The notes under the pieces: generated by a model
What the model was told of the DNA's origin: nothing
The model's input: the letters and a program-made list of their open reading frames with translations, nothing else
The model's database searches: none
In this document: positions 10,056 to 20,141 of the stretch, in pieces
Layout: each line of letters starts with the position of its first letter
Numbering within the stretch: position 1 is the stretch's first letter
Source: a virus
Lineage: Duplodnaviria; Caudoviricetes
IMG/VR virus record: IMGVR_UViG_3300008266_000068
Coordinates: 1 to 57,973 of that record
DNA: 57,973 nucleotides
Strand: one strand, 5' to 3'
Position numbers and translations under genes: made by a program

Positions 10056-12242
10056 TTAAGCTGTTCTCATTATATACCAAAGCGGTTTAAAAGGTGGTCT
10101 GTTTTCATGTGGATCAGAAGCAGTTAAATTAATATCTTGTTCAGTTCCATAAGAAGTCTGATTACTTCCACCATTTAATGGGATTTCTATACCATTCATT
10201 TTTATAGCAGCTATTCCTGTTGCTATACCGCCATCAATATCATCAACTTTTACACTTACAGTAAGTTTACCTTTTTCAGCGTTTGTAAGTGTATGTGTTT
10301 CTGAACCACCGCTATCACCTATATCGTAATCGCCTGCGACATCGCTAGCACCAACTGCAAAAATACCTCTTCTATCTACAGTTCCATTTTGTCCATTACA
10401 TCTTGCAAAACCTTTCCAGTTCCATTTTCCTAATCCAGTACCATCCCATTTTGTTTCATCAACTTGTTCAATTGAAATTACTTCATATTGTTTAGTTGTA
10501 TGTCTTTTAACGACATCATCAAAATATTGCGACGTAAAAGGATTAAATAATATTGATTCGTTTGCAGGTAATGGCAATACATATTGTCCACTTGAATTTA
10601 AATATACATTATCAACACCGGAATATGCATTTACAGATATTACAACACCGTTAATAAACGCTGTACCTGCTGTTACATCTATTGTACCACCGTTATCAGT
10701 AACAATACATCCTTTTAATATTATAGGTTCGTTAAATCCTAAAAGCAAAGCGATAAATCCTGAAGAAAAACTTCCACTTACTGAAGTAAGTAAATAAACA
10801 AGAGAATTTGAATAAGTAGTTCTTACTGGACTTACTATTAAATCACCTAACGAATCAAATTGATTTTCATTGTAATATCCATTAGTAACATCATCTGCAA
10901 TATTTATATACTGCGTATAATCATTTACTGTTTTGTATCTTGTTTTTATTAAATACTGTGTTTGAGTAGTTGAATTAATAGGCACGTTACAAAAACCATA
11001 TTTATCGTTGATGTTGAATTTAAAAAAGAATTCATTTTTTGTACCTACTTCAAGAAAAGAAAAATTTACTTCTTCTGCATTTGGCGTTAATAAAATATTA
11101 TCGGTATACAATGTTACGCCACCATCTGAAGAAAAATCTTCTATAATTAATCTATCCAATCTACATTTAACACCACCACCTGATAATGTAACAGATAAAA
11201 TATTACTATAAATTCCTTTTGGTGAATATAAACGCCATCCAACAAATTGATCAGCAACAATAGTTGAAATATCTTTTATTAAACCACCTTCTGCATTAGA
11301 TAAAAAAACTTCATTTAATGTAGTATCTACTGACCATGTTGAGCTTCTTACTCCCCACGACATTCTAACGTTATTAGATTGTTTATTTGAAAAAGAATTT
11401 TCCCACCTTATTTGATCAATAGCTGTTATTGAATTTGATAAAATCTGAATTTGTTTATAAACATCGTTGTCTAATAAAATTTCAGTTCTTTTATCTTGTA
11501 TGTCAATAATATATGTACTACCTCCTTCAATTCTTGCGCGAACACGAGCTAAATAAAATTCTACACCAGCAACTTTTGTAGGAGCAACGTTTGGCGTCGA
11601 TTCTTCAACTAATTCTATAGTACTTGAATCATAAACAAAAGGAAATTTATTTAATGTAGGAACTACTATTCCCGGTGTAAAAGTTCCAACTATCTGTAAC
11701 TGTAAATCAGTTTCAGATTGAAAAACATCACCTTGTAATATTGCAGCCGTATCTGAAGATACTTCAATTATATCGTATTCACCAGTATTTAAAGTAGCGT
11801 TTGCAAATTTTACTCTTACTTGAAAATTAGGATAACCTCTTAATACTTTAGTTAATTCACTTGATACACCTGTTAAATTACCTGATGTATCAATTGAAAA
11901 CGTACCTTGCTCAACGTTTGTAGATATATAACTGCATTTCACCCAATACCAAATATCTTGAAAAGGTATGGATATTTTTTTAATATCGTTAAGTAAAATT
12001 AATTCACAGTTTTTATCAATAGCTTTAAGCTGCTGTATTCTTATTTTAAAATTAACAAGGTCTTCAACTTCAACTTTTCCATTTTGAAAACTAGAATCTG
12101 TATATGGATTTTTAATTATCCCGGGAGATAACATTTTTTGTGTAAAGTGTTGACGCCATCCTTTTTTATCAAGAAAAAGTTTAAATCTTTCTAATTCGTT
12201 TTTTCCTATAAACAAATCATTTGAAAATTTTACTTCACTCAT
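10056..12242 (-). CDS. Baseplate/short tail-fibre protein with C-terminal tail-collar-type domain
   Basis: C-terminal FARCNGQNGTVDRRGIFAVG...GGSETHTLT...PHENRPPF..LWYIMR pattern typical of tail collar/short fibre tips. Confidence 0.75.
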   Translation of the reverse strand: MSEVKFSNDLFIGKNELERFKLFLDKKGWRQHFTQKMLSPGIIKNPYTDSSFQNGKVEVEDLVNFKIRIQQLKAIDKNCELILLNDIKKISIPFQDIWYWVKCSYISTNVEQGTFSIDTSGNLTGVSSELTKVLRGYPNFQVRVKFANATLNTGEYDIIEVSSDTAAILQGDVFQSETDLQLQIVGTFTPGIVVPTLNKFPFVYDSSTIELVEESTPNVAPTKVAGVEFYLARVRARIEGGSTYIIDIQDKRTEILLDNDVYKQIQILSNSITAIDQIRWENSFSNKQSNNVRMSWGVRSSTWSVDTTLNEVFLSNAEGGLIKDISTIVADQFVGWRLYSPKGIYSNILSVTLSGGGVKCRLDRLIIEDFSSDGGVTLYTDNILLTPNAEEVNFSFLEVGTKNEFFFKFNINDKYGFCNVPINSTTQTQYLIKTRYKTVNDYTQYINIADDVTNGYYNENQFDSLGDLIVSPVRTTYSNSLVYLLTSVSGSFSSGFIALLLGFNEPIILKGCIVTDNGGTIDVTAGTAFINGVVISVNAYSGVDNVYLNSSGQYVLPLPANESILFNPFTSQYFDDVVKRHTTKQYEVISIEQVDETKWDGTGLGKWNWKGFARCNGQNGTVDRRGIFAVGASDVAGDYDIGDSGGSETHTLTNAEKGKLTVSVKVDDIDGGIATGIAAIKMNGIEIPLNGGSNQTSYGTEQDINLTASDPHENRPPFKPLWYIMRTA

Positions 12243-12259
12243 TTTAATTTTTTTTAAAT

Positions 12260-12766
12260 TTAACTTAAAACTTTTATTTCGTAATTTTTATTAATTAACG
12301 AATTAAAAGGATCGAATTTATAAACTTTACTTGCAACTTCTTCAACACCATTTGTAAACAATACTATATTATCTGTTACATTTTTAAAAATTATATCTCC
12401 GTGCGATACTAATCCAACACCAACAGCATTATCTAAAGTAACGCGAACAAAATATTCATTTTGTTGAATATCATATTCTATTTCTTGTCCATAAGTCAAA
12501 TAAGGATTAAAATCATAAATAAGTAATCCACTATTTTTATTATAGATTGATACTTTTGTAATAACGCAATCTTGTAAACTTTCAGTAAAATTAACTATTT
12601 TTATTTTATTAATAGTTGAATTTAAATCTATACACGTAGGATGATTTATTACATTTGGAATATAATTACTATCACCTACGTTATTATCTTCAAGAAATTC
12701 AGTTTGTGCATATTGCATTGTTCCTGAATATGCTAAAATTCTTTTTTTGTATGCTCTTTGCGACAT
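12260..12766 (-). CDS. Hypothetical virion protein
   Basis: 168-aa ORF within the baseplate operon. Confidence 0.5.
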   Translation of the reverse strand: MSQRAYKKRILAYSGTMQYAQTEFLEDNNVGDSNYIPNVINHPTCIDLNSTINKIKIVNFTESLQDCVITKVSIYNKNSGLLIYDFNPYLTYGQEIEYDIQQNEYFVRVTLDNAVGVGLVSHGDIIFKNVTDNIVLFTNGVEEVASKVYKFDPFNSLINKNYEIKVLS

Positions 12767-12768
12767 AA

Positions 12769-15700
12769 TTAAATTATTTCTTCTATTGTAACATAAATAT
12801 TTGGAGTCATTCCTAAAAATTCCAAATCAACAACAGGTGATGTATAATCTTGTTGAAAAAATATAACACCACTTGTACCCCAAACAGTAATTCGCATTTT
12901 TACACCTAAATTAGATGCTGAAATTAATATTTTAAATGAACCTCCTAAATCGCTAATTTTAGACTGATAATCGGCACTTCCTATATCGCTATGTTGTTTT
13001 ACAAGAACATAGCTAAGTCCGTCAAAAACGTAATATCTAACGTCGTGTGTTATATTTGAACCAACAATCTTAACAGTTTCATATTGATAAATACATAAAT
13101 CTGTACAATCACACAATGCTGTTTGTTCATATCCTATCCACGTAAGTTTTCTAAATAAAACAAGAATTTTATTTGCTATATGCGTTTTTAATAAATCAAA
13201 AGTTACATTATTAATTCCTATTAAATATTTTGTTTCGCCATTACATGAAACTTCATATCCAGCTATTGCCGGAAGTACTGGTGCGAATGAAGGAGTTTCT
13301 TCAGCAAATACTTTTAAACTATAAGTTTTATTTTGAATAATTTTTTGCGCAGTTGATTCTACAGGATTATCATTTTCCAATGAATAAAAAGTTAAATCAC
13401 CTGCTGTAATTTCAGCTCTTGCAAATCCTACCCAAGATTCTTTTTTAACTTCCAATACAAATTCACCTCCATCAATTTCATCATTAATTGTACATATAGA
13501 TTCATCGTCAACTATAGTACAACCATTTGTAGCTGCTGTTATTTTTAATTTAAAATTTAATGGACCTGTACCTACATGTATATTTGTTACAACAGGTATT
13601 ATTTTTTGTGTTTCACCAGATAAAAAAGTAACGTTTGAAGATATAGCTGAATAATTTACACCTGCAGTCGCCGTACCATCTTCAGTTTCATAACTTACAA
13701 CAGTAGTAGCACCTATATCTGCTATTCTATCTATCGCAAAATAAGCAACGTTTCCTTCTGTTACTACTATATCGTTACTAAAAGTTACTCGTTGATTATA
13801 TTCTGTATCTAATTTTACTCTTAAATAAATTTTTATATCAGCACTACAAATTGTATTTAAAACTGAATAAAATAAATCGGCTGTCAACGTGAACCAATTT
13901 ACGTTATCAAATGAATATTGTAAATCTTTTTTATAATTATGACTAAATAAAATACTATAATTATAATTTTCACTTATTACTATCTCTTGATCTGGTAACG
14001 GAACACCGTTATCAACATTTAAAAAATATTCAGAAATTGGTTTTAAAGTTCCGTTTTCATATATTTTTAAAAGCAATGAATAATCAGCATCATAATCTAC
14101 ATTCGTCCAATCAAAATATAGAAGTAATTTAAATGAATTATTTGAAATAATAGATTCAGGTTGTAAATCATTTAAATACGATATTTTATGAACTATATTA
14201 TACGGTAATAAATAATGAGATAAAACATCTTCTATTTTATCTTTATCGTTTTCACTATTATTTAATAACCAAATTGATAAAAAGTTTTTAACGCCCATTA
14301 AAAACCTTTCATAAGTTGTATATGCAGGTGTAATTCTAAAATCAGATATTGTAACTTCTTCTTCAGTTGGTACTGTAATTTTTAAATAAGGTACTATGTA
14401 TTTATTAGATTCTTTAAATCTGTAATTAAGAGTACCATAAATTTTATCTGTAGTTTCAAATCCCGTTTCTAAAAATCCGTAAATAAACAACCTTACCATT
14501 TTATAATCACCGTAAGTATTTATTACTTTACCACTTAATGCCAATACCTGATCTGATATTCCAGCTGCATCAGAAATTGTATCTGCAGAATAATCTACTT
14601 TAAAAGTTTTTACGCCAAAATCAATATTTATAGCACCTGGGTTACCCGTGTTTTTTATTAAAAATGTACATTCGTAAGAAAGATACGGATTTATTTTTAT
14701 AAGTTTACCTGTTCCAGAATAATCAAATCCATTAAACGCTCCACCACCGGGTGTGATAATAAACTGTAAAACTTTTTTATCGCCTTCTAAAACTATCGAT
14801 GCGTTACTACTATCAATAATTGGATAAAGTGATAAATCTTTAAACTGTGTTTTTTCATAAGCTTTATTAGCGTTTATGTTAAAAAACATTCCTTTATATA
14901 AAGGTGAACAATTATTAACATTCCAAGAAAAATGTTCTGGCTTAAATAAAGCAAATATAAATTCATCGGTTTTATTATAACAGATTAATCTTAAAAATTC
15001 TCCTGTTATACCTACAGTACCATCGATATTATCTTCATCTTTAATTACGTTATATGTACCTCGTTTTGCAAATTCATTATATAATGATTTTCGAATATTG
15101 TTTAATTCCTCATTTGTTTCATCGCCACATAAATACATTCCCCACTGCGTTAAATATTCTAATAATAAATTAGAGCAACTTGAATTATTATCTTTTATTT
15201 TTGTTATCTTTCTTGCGAAATAAACGTAATAAGAAAAGAATTTAGATACACTTAACCAAAAATCTATAAAATCTTTATCTTCAAAATTATCTGAAAAAGC
15301 TCTTTCAATATAAACAGGTAATAAATTTTGTCTGTAAATTTTTTCAGTTACATTTAAATACCAGTTTAATAAATTTAAATCAGTATTTTCAAACAAACAT
15401 TTAAAATCAGACATATTAAAATAAAAATCCAAAGCATCATTTGTATTATCTTGAAGCGTTGCTTGAATTTCTGTATCTTCCCATGTAGCAGGATCAACAT
15501 TATTACTTCCTTCTCTTGTATATTTATATTGTAAAAATAATGGTTTGTTAGGTTGTACCTGTACATTAGTTAAATTGTCAATATTTAATAACTGCCAAGG
15601 CGCCCATAAGATATTATCAAAAGAATAAGAAAATTCTCTTTTAAATTGAATATCAACTGTTTCACCAATAACAGATTCTGAATATGATAGTAATGCTATC

Positions 15701-15777
15701 AATCCTATTGCTGGTATATCAGTTTTTAAAAAAAGAATATCACCACTTGCTGTTGTTATGTTTTCTACTACTGCCAT
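12769..15777 (-). CDS. Large baseplate protein with a Calx-beta domain
   Basis: Lies after baseplate J-like gene. Segment VTEGNVAYFAIDR...VSYETEDGTATAGVNYSAISSNVTFLSGETQKIIPV...TINDE matches the Calx-beta pattern. Confidence 0.7.
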   Translation of the reverse strand: MAVVENITTASGDILFLKTDIPAIGLIALLSYSESVIGETVDIQFKREFSYSFDNILWAPWQLLNIDNLTNVQVQPNKPLFLQYKYTREGSNNVDPATWEDTEIQATLQDNTNDALDFYFNMSDFKCLFENTDLNLLNWYLNVTEKIYRQNLLPVYIERAFSDNFEDKDFIDFWLSVSKFFSYYVYFARKITKIKDNNSSCSNLLLEYLTQWGMYLCGDETNEELNNIRKSLYNEFAKRGTYNVIKDEDNIDGTVGITGEFLRLICYNKTDEFIFALFKPEHFSWNVNNCSPLYKGMFFNINANKAYEKTQFKDLSLYPIIDSSNASIVLEGDKKVLQFIITPGGGAFNGFDYSGTGKLIKINPYLSYECTFLIKNTGNPGAINIDFGVKTFKVDYSADTISDAAGISDQVLALSGKVINTYGDYKMVRLFIYGFLETGFETTDKIYGTLNYRFKESNKYIVPYLKITVPTEEEVTISDFRITPAYTTYERFLMGVKNFLSIWLLNNSENDKDKIEDVLSHYLLPYNIVHKISYLNDLQPESIISNNSFKLLLYFDWTNVDYDADYSLLLKIYENGTLKPISEYFLNVDNGVPLPDQEIVISENYNYSILFSHNYKKDLQYSFDNVNWFTLTADLFYSVLNTICSADIKIYLRVKLDTEYNQRVTFSNDIVVTEGNVAYFAIDRIADIGATTVVSYETEDGTATAGVNYSAISSNVTFLSGETQKIIPVVTNIHVGTGPLNFKLKITAATNGCTIVDDESICTINDEIDGGEFVLEVKKESWVGFARAEITAGDLTFYSLENDNPVESTAQKIIQNKTYSLKVFAEETPSFAPVLPAIAGYEVSCNGETKYLIGINNVTFDLLKTHIANKILVLFRKLTWIGYEQTALCDCTDLCIYQYETVKIVGSNITHDVRYYVFDGLSYVLVKQHSDIGSADYQSKISDLGGSFKILISASNLGVKMRITVWGTSGVIFFQQDYTSPVVDLEFLGMTPNIYVTIEEII

Positions 15778-15780
15778 TTT

Positions 15781-16086
15781 TTAATTTTCGTCGTATATTA
15801 AATCTCCAGTTGTTTGATCTACATAATAATCTAACGATTCATTGTTTTGAGTAGGTTCTATATCAAAAGAAGAAATAGTTGCTTCACCATTTGTTTGATC
15901 AAATAAAACATCTACTTTTTCATTTCTTAAAATGATATTTAATTCACCTGTTGCGTTATTACTTTGATTATTTAATGAACATAATAAAATGTTAGGTTTT
16001 TTTGCTTTAAAAAAACATAACAAATAAGCTAATAACGTTTGAATGTTATAAGTATGTTCTGTTGTAGATGTTACGTATATACTCAT
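15781..16086 (-). CDS. Hypothetical baseplate protein
   Basis: ATGA-coupled to the baseplate J-like gene. Confidence 0.5.
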   Translation of the reverse strand: MSIYVTSTTEHTYNIQTLLAYLLCFFKAKKPNILLCSLNNQSNNATGELNIILRNEKVDVLFDQTNGEATISSFDIEPTQNNESLDYYVDQTTGDLIYDEN

Positions 16087-17291
16087 ATGTTTCCTACTAC
16101 AGTTGTTTGAAAATTAATATCTGGATCATTTGGATAATAAGTAGGTGTTAAAACTGAAAACCCTTGAATTAACTGCCCTTGTTGATTTCTCATTATAAAA
16201 CCTCTTAATCTTGGTAATTGATATTTATTTACTTTTATATCAACTCTTGGGAAAAAATATTGATCGTATACATATTTAACTCCCTGCGTTGATTTTACTA
16301 TCTGTAAAATATCATCCCACTCTATTTTTTGTTTTACAGGATTAAAAAATCTATGATCGTAAAGTCTGTTTAATCTTAACTGAATTTCAATACGGACATT
16401 ATCTGGATTTGCGTTATTATATAATTCACAGCGAAAATCAATATCGTACGGATAGTATTGCATATTTTGTAATTCACATCCATAATTTTCAGATCCAAAA
16501 ACTGGATTGTCTGATATACATAAAAAATTACCAGCACGTGATAATAAATCAGATAATTCAGAATTACTTAACGCAGCTGCATTTTGAGTTGCAATTGAAA
16601 GTATATTTTTTCCACTATCTGATATACCATTAAAAAAAACTTTTAAAACGTTAGTATTTACTTTCATAAACGCTTGTTCAATTGCTGAAGGTGTATTTCT
16701 TGCTAAAATATTTGGACCTTCTTTTATTCTTAATCTTAACGATCTATCGTCTTCATTATCTCTACCACCAGAAGCACTTACTTCGTTTATTACTGCAATA
16801 TTACCTACAGGAGGTGATACCATATTAATAAGTGATAAAGGTTTAACGTTTGTTTTTTTACCTGTATTAATAGAACGTACTTTTACATATTCAAAACCTA
16901 ATGAACCTATTGAAAAATCATCTTCAAATTCAAATACAATTCCATCTTGTCCTGATATTTTATTTACTAATTTAGAATAATTAGTTCCAACGGCTCCCAC
17001 TACTCTTAAATAAACTGAAGAACCGATTGCGCTATAACGAGGAGCTATTCCATGATTTTCAGCAACTTCATCTAAAAAAGTTCCGTATGCAGTATCAGGA
17101 AACATTTTTGAAAATGCTAACGCAATATCTTTTTCTGCCTTACCAGAAATTTTAGCAACACCAGATGCAACTCCTGATAATACAGATTCATCAGATACTT
17201 TAGATACTTTACTTGTTGTATTTATTAAAGCTTCAAGAAATAATAATTTCCTGAATTGAGTAGTTGAAGGAGTAATTGGTGAGTTTGACAT
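16083..17291 (-). CDS. Baseplate J-like wedge protein
   Basis: TAYGTFLDEVAENHGIAPR and ASGGRDNEDDRSLRLRI motifs. Confidence 0.85.
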   Translation of the reverse strand: MSNSPITPSTTQFRKLLFLEALINTTSKVSKVSDESVLSGVASGVAKISGKAEKDIALAFSKMFPDTAYGTFLDEVAENHGIAPRYSAIGSSVYLRVVGAVGTNYSKLVNKISGQDGIVFEFEDDFSIGSLGFEYVKVRSINTGKKTNVKPLSLINMVSPPVGNIAVINEVSASGGRDNEDDRSLRLRIKEGPNILARNTPSAIEQAFMKVNTNVLKVFFNGISDSGKNILSIATQNAAALSNSELSDLLSRAGNFLCISDNPVFGSENYGCELQNMQYYPYDIDFRCELYNNANPDNVRIEIQLRLNRLYDHRFFNPVKQKIEWDDILQIVKSTQGVKYVYDQYFFPRVDIKVNKYQLPRLRGFIMRNQQGQLIQGFSVLTPTYYPNDPDINFQTTVVGNI

Positions 17292-17305
17292 ATCATCAAA
17301 ATTAA

Positions 17306-18232
17306 TTAAAATTGTAACTGTTGATTAATAATTTCATTAGTTCTTGTTTTTACCTCATAATCTATTAACACTGAATCGTCTATTTGTTTAAATGAAATTA
17401 TATTAAATTCTGAAAAAGAATCGTCGTTATCAAAATTACTATTCAATTGTCTAACAATAACAGGATAATTTAAAAAACCTGAACTTACACCTACAACAAA
17501 GTTTTTTGATATTCCATGTTCTGGAAAATCTGGATTATCGCCTTGTTTTAATCCAGCCAATATTTCACATGATTGTAATGCGCAATCTAAACCTGTTACA
17601 GTATTTAAATCGTTATCTATAAAAGATAATTTTTTAGCAATATCTTTTCCTTTTATTGTTTCTTCGTCAATTAAATCAATAATTGAATCTATTTGTAATT
17701 TTTTTAATCCAGATATACGTAACGGTAATTTTATAAAAACATTTCCTTCTGAAGTATATTTTTCTTCTTCTAAATCATTATCATACGCTATATCAAACCA
17801 CGAATCTAAAAAATTATCTGAATTTAAAATTTCATATGCTATTTGCTCCAAAGTTTCGTTTTGTCTGATAATGTAATTCATTTCAGGACTTTGACTTTCA
17901 AGTAATGAATTTTTAAAAAACTTACCCCATTTATTAGCGTTTAATAAAGTATCAATAGAACTTTCAATTATATCAATGTTTTCAATTAATTCAAAAAAAC
18001 GAATATCTGAACCTAACGCATGTCTATTAATATCAAAATTTCTATTAATATCGATTATTGTTATTTTGAGCTGATTTAATGCTGATTTAACCCTGGGCAT
18101 TAAAAAAACGTTTAAATCATCGGAACTTCTTGAAAATCTTGAAAGAATAGCGCTAGACACAGTAAAAAACGGTATTAAGTCGTATCCTGTTATTTCTTTG
18201 AATTTTTGTATTATGTTATCTGAAAATGTCAT
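17306..18232 (-). CDS. Baseplate wedge subunit (LysM-like segment + gp25-like C-terminus)
   Basis: YIIRQNETLEQIAYEIL...WFDIAYDNDL (LysM-like); DLNTVTG...QGDNPDFPEHGI (gp25-like); position before J. Confidence 0.6.
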   Translation of the reverse strand: MTFSDNIIQKFKEITGYDLIPFFTVSSAILSRFSRSSDDLNVFLMPRVKSALNQLKITIIDINRNFDINRHALGSDIRFFELIENIDIIESSIDTLLNANKWGKFFKNSLLESQSPEMNYIIRQNETLEQIAYEILNSDNFLDSWFDIAYDNDLEEEKYTSEGNVFIKLPLRISGLKKLQIDSIIDLIDEETIKGKDIAKKLSFIDNDLNTVTGLDCALQSCEILAGLKQGDNPDFPEHGISKNFVVGVSSGFLNYPVIVRQLNSNFDNDDSFSEFNIISFKQIDDSVLIDYEVKTRTNEIINQQLQF

Positions 18233-19098
18233 TATCCAAAAATTAAATTACTTATTGATGAAATTCCTCTTCCCGGTCCGTCTACATTATAAATACCTGA
18301 TAAAGAATTTGCAGTTTTTCCAACTTTAAATAAAGCAGAATTTCTAAATAAATCTTCACTATTTACGAATTTATTTACGAATTTAAAAACATCTTGCGCA
18401 CGTTGTTGAGTAAACTGATTTATAGATAAACTTTTTCTAAAATCATTTACAAATGATTCAGCTGGTGCGATAGCAGTCATTTGTAAAATATATTGCCAAA
18501 TCATATTTGTATCTTGGGACATATCACTTGAAATATCGTTTACTCTTACAACATACGATTCATTTAAAGCTAAATTATAAAATAATAATGTTCTTGGTTT
18601 ACCATCATCAACAACTCTTGATTCATTTACTATTCGCATTAGTATTTTAAAACACCCGTAACCTGTTTTAACATTAGCATCAAAATCTTTTAATGTTACT
18701 TTACCTGTATTAAATTTCTTAGTTTTCTTAAAAGTATTTATTTGATTGTTAACATATTTAGATGCATTACCGATTGTATTTTTTCCAATTAAAAATTTTA
18801 ACCTTCTACCAAAATTACCATTAATCGTAATTTGCTTTGGAGTAAAAGTTTGGTTTGAAATTACAGCAACACCGCTCATTGTTTTTTGTATATTTTCAAC
18901 AGGTCTGTCACTTTGCTTAAATGACGATGGGTTTACTGGAAAAATAAAATACTCCATAGTTTTACCAGCTCCATCTAATAATTCAAATGCAAAAAGGTAT
19001 AATTCAAACTCATCTGGGTAGTTTGCGTTTAATGATATCTTACCCGCCGTTCTTAAAGAATCATTTACTCTATCAGTAACGTTTGATATACTACTCAT
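18232..19098 (-). CDS. Baseplate/tail-tube initiator-like protein
   Basis: YFIFPVNPSS...KTMSG...ITINGNFG pattern. Start revised to 19098, where ATGA overlaps the upstream stop. Confidence 0.55.
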   Translation of the reverse strand: MSSISNVTDRVNDSLRTAGKISLNANYPDEFELYLFAFELLDGAGKTMEYFIFPVNPSSFKQSDRPVENIQKTMSGVAVISNQTFTPKQITINGNFGRRLKFLIGKNTIGNASKYVNNQINTFKKTKKFNTGKVTLKDFDANVKTGYGCFKILMRIVNESRVVDDGKPRTLLFYNLALNESYVVRVNDISSDMSQDTNMIWQYILQMTAIAPAESFVNDFRKSLSINQFTQQRAQDVFKFVNKFVNSEDLFRNSALFKVGKTANSLSGIYNVDGPGRGISSISNLIFG

Positions 19099-19346
19099 GT
19101 TATTGCGTTTTGAATTACTATTGGTGCTGCGTTTGTACAAGTAACAGGTCCACCACCATTACCACCTAATACAATAATTGTACCCGGTGGAATAGTAATT
19201 TGTAATTTTTTAATTGCTTTATAAATATTATCTTCCATATTATCACTAAATTTTTTAATGACAATGTTTAAATCCTTCTGTTCTTTTTTATTAAGTTCAG
19301 TAACAAATTTTTGTATGTCTGCAGATAATGCGCCTTTTACTAACAT
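19095..19346 (-). CDS. Small baseplate protein (possible spike tip)
   Basis: 83 aa, follows the spike-like gene; Gly/Pro-rich C-terminus. Confidence 0.45.
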   Translation of the reverse strand: MLVKGALSADIQKFVTELNKKEQKDLNIVIKKFSDNMEDNIYKAIKKLQITIPPGTIIVLGGNGGGPVTCTNAAPIVIQNAIT

Positions 19347-20141
19347 TTATTTATCTTCATTTTTTTTCATGAAAAAATATTTCGATAATATATTTTTAGT
19401 TTCTTCTTTTAACTTTAATATATCAACTTTGTTAACTAAAGGTTGTTCACCTATTGATGTAAAAACTGTAGAATTGCCGACAGTTTCTATAAACTTATCA
19501 AGAAAATCTTTTAATATATTTCCTTGCGCAAATGCTTCTTCTTCTTTAGTTAATACAAATTTATCAATTTCAACAAGAATTTCAGTGTCTGATTGTACAA
19601 TTCTTGAATATTTATTTAAATTACCTACTAACGTTTGCTTTGAAAGTTCACATCTTTCATATGAAGTATTATAAGTTTCTTTTTTTACTGATGATTCTAT
19701 TTCAATTATTCCTTTTGAATTTTTAATAAAAATTACAGGACTATCACCAGAAATTAAAATAGAAATAGCTTCATCGTTTGGATTTAATCGTATTTCACAA
19801 ATACTATTTTTAAATCGTCTTTTTATAACATATTCATTTTCTTCGTTGTTACTATTTTCTTCTTCACTTTGTAAAACACCAACTACTATTTGTTTATTAT
19901 TAAATTCATCTAACACATATACGACAGATGAACCAAATGCTTCATTTTCAGGAAATTCAATTTGTTGCAAACAACTTTTTGAAATAGCAATATTATTAAT
20001 AACACCTCCAGCTTCACTTGTTATACTTACAGTACCAGTCATAAAACAATCAAGAATGTATTGATCTCTATCTACATTTTCTGGTACTGTTATATAAGCA
20101 ACACCAGCTATCCACTTATTATTTGTTGATAAACTAATCAT
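19347..20141 (-). CDS. Putative baseplate central spike protein
   Basis: Position after hub; OB-like N-half (FPENEAFGSSVVYV...IVVGVL) followed by beta-repeat region. Confidence 0.5.
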   Translation of the reverse strand: MISLSTNNKWIAGVAYITVPENVDRDQYILDCFMTGTVSITSEAGGVINNIAISKSCLQQIEFPENEAFGSSVVYVLDEFNNKQIVVGVLQSEEENSNNEENEYVIKRRFKNSICEIRLNPNDEAISILISGDSPVIFIKNSKGIIEIESSVKKETYNTSYERCELSKQTLVGNLNKYSRIVQSDTEILVEIDKFVLTKEEEAFAQGNILKDFLDKFIETVGNSTVFTSIGEQPLVNKVDILKLKEETKNILSKYFFMKKNEDK

